A DNA stretch of 39,829 nt, taken from contig JAUSFR010000010.1 in NCBI GenBank assembly GCA_030649775.1, positions 1 to 39,829 on the forward strand, given 5' to 3'. Of this stretch, positions 33,708 through 39,829 are shown piece after piece. Source of the DNA: a bacterium. GTDB taxonomy: Bacteria > Patescibacteriota > Minisyncoccia > Phycocordibacterales > UBA10002. A program made the translations under genes and the position numbers. Below the pieces are notes generated by a model. The model made no database searches, had not been told where the DNA came from, and was given only the letters and a program-made list of their open reading frames with translations. How positions within the stretch are numbered: position 1 is the stretch's first letter; every line of letters begins with the position of its first letter.

Positions 33708-34973
33708 ATGGACACCCCCAACCACACCCCGAAGAGCGAAGCAGAGCAACCACCCGCAGAGGTGGCAGAGGTCTTCTCCGTGCAGGAAGCGCTTGATACG
33801 CGCGGGTTCCAGGCGTTCTACGACAAAACTCGTCCTGACGACAATGTGTTTGACGACCCGAAAGATACGCAGGACGTATTTAAGATTTTTGAAGCGAGCC
33901 AGAGTGTAGCTCGCCGTTTTGAAGTGGCTATGACCGCGAAACTTCGCGGGCAGAATAAGGGAATACTCACTCCCGAGGACCGTTTAGCGTGCAAAAAACA
34001 CGTAGAAGACCTTGCGGATAAAGACCCCAAGGCGCTCCTAGAGCTTCAGAACGACCTCAACGCGCTTGAAACAGACCCCGCGGACATCGCGAAAAAAGAG
34101 GCCGAATTCGCCTCGCTTCGCGAAGAGCTTAAACCGGAGAAGTTCCAGGCAGAGAAAGTCTTGCTGGAGACGCGAAAAATCGAGATTGAACGGGCGAACG
34201 CCGAGAGGGTAGGGACCGCGTATGGCTTCTTGGACAGAACGCTCTCGTATATCGGCAAGGGTAAAAAGGCGGAAGACGCGAAGAAGCAGGAGAAAAGAGA
34301 TGCCGAATGGGAAAAGCTTGATGCCGATATCAAGGAGGTAACACGCAAGATAACTGACGCACCCAAGGTTATTGCGGAGGAACAGGCGACACTTAAAAAA
34401 ATAAAAGACCGCCTGGAAGTGGCTCGGGAAAGGGTGTTTATGGAAAACGACGTGGCCAAAAAGGTGCGAGAGCGTCTGTTGGATGAGACGGATAAGGTGC
34501 TCGAGGAGGCGATTGTTTCCACCGACCTTCCGAAGAAGCAAAAAGGGGCGAAGAAATTTATGAGTGAAGTGAAGCTTGCCGAAAGCGGAGACAACTTTTT
34601 GGATGAAGGAGACGGTCCTCACCGCGAAGCGTATATGAGGGTGCTCTGGGAAGGAGGCACGTCGGAAGACGGCAAGCAGGCGGTCGGTATGAAGGAACTC
34701 TTTGAAAAGGGAATTCAGGAGGCGATTGGCGCGCTCCCGCCGGATGCCGGACAATCCCGTGTACTTAGGGCCTATCGGTCCTTTATGCGGATGGCGGGCG
34801 CGGAGGAAGGGACTATTGGCTTTTTGGATGAGGCCGAGAGCAAAGAGTTTGTACTACGGACGCTTGAAACGGCCGAAGAGGAGGCAAAGAAAAAACATTC
34901 GGGAACGGGCAAACGAATTTATTATCAAGTCCTCATCAAGCATTTGAAGGACACAAGCCCCATAACCGTATAG
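33708..34973 (+). CDS. Hypothetical coiled-coil protein
   Basis: 421-aa E/K/A-rich helical ORF. Confidence 0.78.
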   Translation: MDTPNHTPKSEAEQPPAEVAEVFSVQEALDTRGFQAFYDKTRPDDNVFDDPKDTQDVFKIFEASQSVARRFEVAMTAKLRGQNKGILTPEDRLACKKHVEDLADKDPKALLELQNDLNALETDPADIAKKEAEFASLREELKPEKFQAEKVLLETRKIEIERANAERVGTAYGFLDRTLSYIGKGKKAEDAKKQEKRDAEWEKLDADIKEVTRKITDAPKVIAEEQATLKKIKDRLEVARERVFMENDVAKKVRERLLDETDKVLEEAIVSTDLPKKQKGAKKFMSEVKLAESGDNFLDEGDGPHREAYMRVLWEGGTSEDGKQAVGMKELFEKGIQEAIGALPPDAGQSRVLRAYRSFMRMAGAEEGTIGFLDEAESKEFVLRTLETAEEEAKKKHSGTGKRIYYQVLIKHLKDTSPITV

Positions 34974-34977
34974 CGCT

Positions 34978-35268
34978 ATGACCACCGACCCACTTACACA
35001 ATTTGAGCTTCTTTTGAAGGAGGGAAAGCTGGAGGAGGCGAAGGCGATGCTAGGTTCGCTTGCGAGTAGAAAGCTATCCCCCGAAGAAGAGGCTTCCGCG
35101 AAGGTGCTCCAAGTGAGGCTCTCCATCAAGCTCCAAAACGCCATCAACCGCGCCTATATTGATTCGCTGGATGACTCCATCGCGCGCCTGAAGGAACTGC
35201 GCGGTACGGGTCATTCTCTTGACGAAACGGTCAAGCTCGCGGAAACTCGCGTCTCTCTCGCGAAGTAG
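34978..35268 (+). CDS. Small helical hypothetical protein
   Basis: 96-aa ATG ORF 4 nt after the previous stop. Confidence 0.7.
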   Translation: MTTDPLTQFELLLKEGKLEEAKAMLGSLASRKLSPEEEASAKVLQVRLSIKLQNAINRAYIDSLDDSIARLKELRGTGHSLDETVKLAETRVSLAK

Positions 35269-35273
35269 TGGAA

Positions 35274-35316
35274 TAGGTGTTAGCTGTTAGCTGTTAGGTG
35301 CTAGGTTCTAGGGAAA
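35274..35316 (+). repeat. Degenerate family A left arm only
   Basis: TAGGTGT TAGCTGT TAGCTGT TAGGTGC TAGGTTC TAGGGAAA. Confidence 0.7.
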
Positions 35317-35368
35317 GACAGAGGCGTCCTGCACAGGATGCTTTTTGTTTTGTGATATTATAGGGCCT

Positions 35369-38122
35369 ATGGAACAAGCAGGTTTTGGAACCGAAAAACC
35401 GAAGTTCTCCTCGCCCGAAGAAGAGCTCCGATTTCTGCGTGAAGAGGTGCAGAGAAAAGAGCAGGCACTCGCCGAGCAGGGTGAGTCTCTTCTGCGCGAA
35501 AAGGTGGTGAGTGAGACCGTAGCTACCTACGCCAAGACGCCCGTTACCGAAGCGGTTGCTCCCGCGATGGCGATACCTGCCGAGGAAGCGAACAAAATAG
35601 TCTTCGACCTCGCCCCCGAACCCCATGACAAGCAAATGGAGGAACTCGCGGTGATTGTGCAGGAGAAAGGGGTGCGAAGCGCGCTTGATGTCGCCGAAAA
35701 AATTGGGAATGCCCATCTCTTTGACGACTTCCATCGTTTTCTCATCCAGTACATCCAGAGCGGTCTTCCGGTGAAGGACCTCCCCGAGAAGCACGCGCTC
35801 TGGAAACCACTTCATATGACGCTCTTTGAAATCTCCCTCCCCGAGACGACCAAAGAAGAAGGGGAGAAAGAGCTGAAATCACTTATCGCCGGTATGGAGC
35901 AATTCTATGCGGGTATGCTTTCCGTAGCGGAAAAAAAGAGTGAGGATACGTTTTTTACCGTAGAACTCGCGAACGCGAACGGCAGTGACGAAATTATCTT
36001 CTACGTTTCGGTGCCGACCTTGAAGAAGGCGTTGTTTGAGAAACAAGCAAAATCTCTTTTTCATAATTCCAAGATTCGCGAGGTCAAAGACGACTACAAC
36101 ATCTTTAACGAAGGGGGCGTTTCGCTTGGCTCGGTGGCAACGCTCGCGAAGAATCCCATTTTTCCGCTCAAGCTCTATGATGAGTTTCAAGTGGACCCGT
36201 TAAGTGTCCTTCTGCACAGCTTTTCTAAAATTGACCGTGATGGGGAAGGGGCGGCCATACAACTCCTCCTTCGTCCCGCGCAACATTCCTACAACGAGCG
36301 CTATGAATACTCGCTTCGGCAGATACAGAAAGGTGTATCGGTACGGACGGCGATTGATATTCCGTTTACCTTCACCGGGCATTTCTTTAAAGGACTTAAG
36401 GATATTCTTTCAGGCGAAGAGGAGAAGCTCCGCAAGAAGCAGAAAGAGGACAAACAAGGACCGAAGGTGGATGAGCTCGTGGTTGAAGAAATCAAAAAGA
36501 AAGTTTCCGCGCCCGTGCTTGAATGCGTCATTCGGATTGTCAGCTCTTCACAAACCCTGGAATCGGCAACCGAGATTATTTCTGACCTTGAAGCGTCCTT
36601 CAATCAGTTCAAGAGCGGAACCGGAAACGAACTTCGGTTCAAGCGCGCGGAAAAGGGGGCACTCCCGAAACTCTTGCGCGCCTTTAGTTTGCGTGAATTT
36701 GACGAGGGCGAGGAACTCCCCCTGAACATCAAAGAGCTCACCACGATGGTGCATTTTCCCTCTACGAAGCTGAAGTCCGCTCCGGCCCTAAAGCAGGCAA
36801 AGGCGGGCACCGCGCCGGCGCCGACAGGACTTCCCGCCTCGGGACTCCTACTCGGAGTCAATCGGGTACGCGGGGAGGATACCAATATCTATGTGACGCC
36901 CGACGACAGACTCCGCCACTTCTATACCATCGGACAAACCGGTACCGGCAAGACCACCTTCCTCAAAAATATGATTGCGCAGGACATCGCGAACGGCGAG
37001 GGACTCTGCTTTATTGACCCGCACGGTGTGGATATTTTGGACGTCCTCGCGATGATTCCGAAAGAACGTTACGAAGACCTCATCTACTTTGACCCCAGTA
37101 ACACCTCAAGGCCGATGGGACTCAATATGCTTGAGTACGACACCCGCTTTCCCGAGCAAAAGACCTTCGTCGTGAACGAAATGCTCTCCATCTTTGACAA
37201 ACTCTTTGATATGAAGACCTCGGGCGGTCCGATGTTTGAACAGTACTTTAGAAATGCGGTGCTGCTCACCATAGAAGACCCTAGCTCTGGCTCTACTCTT
37301 CTTGATGTGTCGCGCGTGCTCGCGAGCAAGGAGTTTCGGGAGCTCAAGCTCTCACGGTGTCAAAACCCTGTCGTCAATCAGTTCTGGCGCGAAGTGGCGG
37401 AAAAGGCGGGAGGGGAGGCATCGCTCCAAAATATCGTGCCGTACATCGTCTCCAAGTTTGACAACTTTCTTTCCAACGAAATTATGCGCCCGATTATCGC
37501 GCAGGAGCGCTCCACCTTCAACTTCCGTGAGATTATGGACACGAAGAAAATCTTGCTCGTCAATCTCGCCAAAGGGCGTTTGGGTGAGCTGAACGCGAAC
37601 CTTATCGGACTTATTCTCGTGGGGAAGATGCTGATGGCAGCGCTCTCGCGTGTGGATTCTTTTGGAAAGGATATGCCCCCGTTCTACCTCTACATTGACG
37701 AGTTCCAAAATGTCACCACGCCTTCCATTTCCTCCATTCTTTCCGAAGCACGCAAGTACAAACTCGCGCTCATCATCGCGCACCAATTCATCAAGCAACT
37801 TGATGAAAAGATTAAAGACAGTGTGTTCGGTAACGTGGGTTCTATGGCAATGTTTCGTGTCGGCGCGGAAGACGCGGAGTTCCTCGCGAAACAGCTTGAG
37901 CCCGTCTTTACCGACCAAGACCTCATCAATTTGGACAATCGCAACGCCTACATGAAGCTCCTCGTGAACGGCAGGCCGGTAAAACCTTTCTCGCTTGAGA
38001 CGCTCCCGCCCGGGAAAGGGAATACGGAAAACATTGAGAAATTGAAAGAGCTCTCGTATCTCAAATTCGGTCGCCCCAAAGAAGAGGTGGAGGCGGAAAT
38101 TATGGCGAAATACAAGAAGTGA
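35369..38122 (+). CDS. VirD4/TraD/HerA-like (FtsK-HerA superfamily) ATPase
   Basis: RLRHFYTIGQTGTGKT (Walker A), IDPHG, LYIDEFQN (Walker B), SEARKYKL...AHQ, GNVGS; ATG 35369. Confidence 0.9.
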   Translation: MEQAGFGTEKPKFSSPEEELRFLREEVQRKEQALAEQGESLLREKVVSETVATYAKTPVTEAVAPAMAIPAEEANKIVFDLAPEPHDKQMEELAVIVQEKGVRSALDVAEKIGNAHLFDDFHRFLIQYIQSGLPVKDLPEKHALWKPLHMTLFEISLPETTKEEGEKELKSLIAGMEQFYAGMLSVAEKKSEDTFFTVELANANGSDEIIFYVSVPTLKKALFEKQAKSLFHNSKIREVKDDYNIFNEGGVSLGSVATLAKNPIFPLKLYDEFQVDPLSVLLHSFSKIDRDGEGAAIQLLLRPAQHSYNERYEYSLRQIQKGVSVRTAIDIPFTFTGHFFKGLKDILSGEEEKLRKKQKEDKQGPKVDELVVEEIKKKVSAPVLECVIRIVSSSQTLESATEIISDLEASFNQFKSGTGNELRFKRAEKGALPKLLRAFSLREFDEGEELPLNIKELTTMVHFPSTKLKSAPALKQAKAGTAPAPTGLPASGLLLGVNRVRGEDTNIYVTPDDRLRHFYTIGQTGTGKTTFLKNMIAQDIANGEGLCFIDPHGVDILDVLAMIPKERYEDLIYFDPSNTSRPMGLNMLEYDTRFPEQKTFVVNEMLSIFDKLFDMKTSGGPMFEQYFRNAVLLTIEDPSSGSTLLDVSRVLASKEFRELKLSRCQNPVVNQFWREVAEKAGGEASLQNIVPYIVSKFDNFLSNEIMRPIIAQERSTFNFREIMDTKKILLVNLAKGRLGELNANLIGLILVGKMLMAALSRVDSFGKDMPPFYLYIDEFQNVTTPSISSILSEARKYKLALIIAHQFIKQLDEKIKDSVFGNVGSMAMFRVGAEDAEFLAKQLEPVFTDQDLINLDNRNAYMKLLVNGRPVKPFSLETLPPGKGNTENIEKLKELSYLKFGRPKEEVEAEIMAKYKK

Positions 38123-38186
38123 CAAGTGACTGGAACTTACTAATACAGTAATTGGCTTTTGAGCCGATATTTGTTAGGATAGCCCC

Positions 38187-38239
38187 ATTCGTATTCGTAT
38201 ATTTGTAGCATTCGCATTTTAATTCGTAACATTCGTATC
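38187..38239 (+). repeat. Family C right arm only, forming the ndk leader
   Basis: ATTCGT ATTCGT ATATTTGTAGC ATTCGC ATTTTA ATTCGT AAC ATTCGT ATC ATG; putative TAGGAT -10 at 38175. Confidence 0.75.
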
Positions 38240-38845
38240 ATGGCTCACATCAAATCAGAACGCACTCTCGTTGTTATCAAGCCGGACGGACTTCAAAGGA
38301 CGCTGGCGGGTGAAATCATCAAGCGCTATGAACGCCTGGGTCTCAAGCTCGTGGGTATGAAGCTTCTCGTCCCGACCGCAACGCACATCAAGACCCACTA
38401 CAACCTTGACCCGAACTGGAAACGCATTGTCGGCGAGAAGTCCATTGAGGCGTACCAGAAAAAGGGACTCACGCCTCCGTCTATGGACCCGCTCGTACTT
38501 GGCGATAAGGTGATTGACGCGCTCCAGAAGTATATGACCGCGGGTCCTGTCGTCGCGATGGTGTGGCAGGGCGCGCACGCGGTGAAGATTGTGAGGAAGG
38601 TTACCGGCGGGACTGAACCCCTCACCTCCGACGTAGGCACCATTCGCGGAGATTTTGTGGTTGATTCATACCAGATGGCCGATACCGACGGCAGGGCAGT
38701 ACGTAACCTTATTCACGCGTCAGGTTCGGTGGACGAAGCCAACAACGAAATCAAACACTGGTTCAAACCGGAGGAGCTTGTGAACTATCGCCTTGTACAG
38801 GAACAAATTCTCTATGATGTGAACTTGGACGGACTCCTAGAGTAA
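38240..38845 (+). CDS. ndk: Nucleoside diphosphate kinase
   Basis: ERTLVVIKPDG, GPVVAMVW, GTIRGDF, RNLIHASGS. Confidence 0.96.
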   Translation: MAHIKSERTLVVIKPDGLQRTLAGEIIKRYERLGLKLVGMKLLVPTATHIKTHYNLDPNWKRIVGEKSIEAYQKKGLTPPSMDPLVLGDKVIDALQKYMTAGPVVAMVWQGAHAVKIVRKVTGGTEPLTSDVGTIRGDFVVDSYQMADTDGRAVRNLIHASGSVDEANNEIKHWFKPEELVNYRLVQEQILYDVNLDGLLE

Positions 38846-38914
38846 TAACCAATAATCAATATCCAATAACCAAGCACAAAAGATTCGGTAGTTGGTTATT
38901 GGTGTTTGGTTATT
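38844..38914 (+). repeat. Family D hairpin after ndk
   Basis: AATAACC AATAATC AATATCC AATAACCAA ... TTGGTTATTGGTGTTTGGTTATT. Confidence 0.82.
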
Positions 38915-38977
38915 ATTTTCAGGCTTTCCCTTGAAGCCACTTGTCACCTGTCACAGGTCACCTGTATACTTAGGACA

Positions 38978-39112
38978 GGTTACTTGAGATGTTACCTCTA
39001 TAACAATTTTTAGGGAGTTCGAATCATTGCACGCTGGAGAGCCTTCATTGGTTCCCTTATATGCAATTGAGAACACCCACCTGGATTCGTTCTAGGGAAC
39101 ATCCGAGTAACC
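38978..39112 (+). ncRNA. ssrS: Probable 6S RNA
   Basis: Own promoter (TTGTCA-18-TATACT, 38941-38970) and terminator. Rod fold: closing stem GGTTACTTGAGATGTT/AACATCCGAGTAACC, central bubble, apical stem GGGAGTTC/GAACACCC. GAACACCCACCTG resembles Firmicutes 6S RNAs. Confidence 0.65.
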
Positions 39113-39116
39113 ATGT

Positions 39117-39139
39117 AAGAATCCCCAAAGGGGATTTTT
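39117..39139 (+). terminator. Terminator after the ncRNA
   Basis: AGAATCCCC-aaa-GGGGATTTTT. Confidence 0.7.
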
Positions 39140-39165
39140 GCGTTATACTGATACTATAGATATTC

Positions 39166-39591
39166 ATGTACCGAAATAAATTACTCAATTTTGTTGCTTT
39201 TTTGGGAGTATTTCTTACCGCGCTTCATACCAGCGCTCTTGTCTTTGCCTTGTACTGGCGGTGGTGGTGGTTTGACCTCCTGACGCACTTTCTGGGCGGG
39301 GTCTTTGTCGCTCTTCTTTTGCTGTGGTTCTTCTTCTTTTCGGGGTATACCCGCGTGCCTGCGCCAAGGCAAAGCGTTCTTTTCCTCGCTCTGGTCGGAG
39401 GCACCCTCCTTATCGGAGTCGGGTGGGAGGCCTTTGAAAGCGTCGTGGGGCTTACGTGGAGTCCCGAGGGGTATTGGTTTGATACCATAGTTGACGTCTG
39501 CATGGACTTTATCGGGGCGCTCCTCGTATACGTCTGTACGGCAAAGCGGGCACAGCGACTACTTACCTCTGAATCTATCATATCCTTATGA
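39166..39591 (+). CDS. 4-TM membrane protein (VanZ/DUF2238-like motif pattern)
   Basis: WWFDLLTHFLGG, IGVGWEAFE, DTIVDVCMDFIGA. Confidence 0.75.
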   Translation: MYRNKLLNFVAFLGVFLTALHTSALVFALYWRWWWFDLLTHFLGGVFVALLLLWFFFFSGYTRVPAPRQSVLFLALVGGTLLIGVGWEAFESVVGLTWSPEGYWFDTIVDVCMDFIGALLVYVCTAKRAQRLLTSESIISL

Positions 39592-39829
39592 AAGCTACCC
39601 TTTCGTTTTATGGCGGGGTCGGTAGTGTTACCGGTTCAAACTTCCATCTTGAAGGGGAGCGTACGAAACTGCTCATTGATTGTGGGCTCATACAGGGAGA
39701 ACAGTTCGCGATGGAGTTGAATCGGGAGCCGTTCGCCTACGACCCCGCATCCATAGACTTCCTTTTGGTTACCCACGCGCATATTGACCACATTGGGCGC
39801 ATCCCGAAGCTCGTGCGCGACGGCTTTCA
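39588..39829 (+). CDS. MBL-fold beta-CASP-type RNA-metabolising hydrolase, N-terminal part (runs off window)
   Basis: Manual translation: MKATLSFYGGVGSVTGSNFHL...LIDCGLIQG...LVTHAHIDHIGRIPKLVRDGF; ATGA overlap with upstream stop. Confidence 0.9.
   Translation, partial: MKATLSFYGGVGSVTGSNFHLEGERTKLLIDCGLIQGEQFAMELNREPFAYDPASIDFLLVTHAHIDHIGRIPKLVRDGF

Noticed and set aside
35369..38122. Conjugative element or ICE
   Set aside because: No relaxase, integrase or mating-pair genes; neighbours include housekeeping ndk.
34038..38125. Long antisense ORFs 34038-34754 and 37352-38125
   Set aside because: Lie antisense to well-supported plus-strand genes; no independent signals.
38978..39112. SRP RNA or riboswitch identity for the ncRNA
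   Set aside because: No SRP domain IV motif (CAGG..GGAA..AGCA); the next gene has its own predicted -10 element.

Overview
Bacterial chromosome window, most likely Patescibacteria (CPR, Parcubacteria-like). This is inferred from the missing rpmD/L30, near-absence of Shine-Dalgarno motifs and a CPR-style VirD4/HerA-like ATPase. The core (7098-29112) is the str-S10-spc ribosomal cluster: rpsL, rpsG, fusA, tuf, rpsJ through rplO, secY, adk, pyrH, map. It is split by three inserted accessory units and several internal promoters and terminators. Left flank: partial Fe/Mn SOD, ComEC-like MBL protein, rpmB, a site-2 protease and a large Ig/PKD surface protein. Right flank: large hypothetical proteins (one with tandem FliG-C-like repeats), the ATPase, ndk, a probable 6S RNA and a partial beta-CASP MBL nuclease. 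The most striking unexplained signal is non-coding. About 30 intergenic elements, built mostly from tandem 7-nt units in at least six unrelated sequence families, form imperfect hairpins running from one stop codon to the next start codon. Some are copied almost verbatim between junctions and some have invaded protein C-termini. A separate ACCCCGTG...CACAGGGT family forms two exactly 60-nt Y-shaped structures flanking rpsS. All calls are by eye; no searches or folding programs were run.
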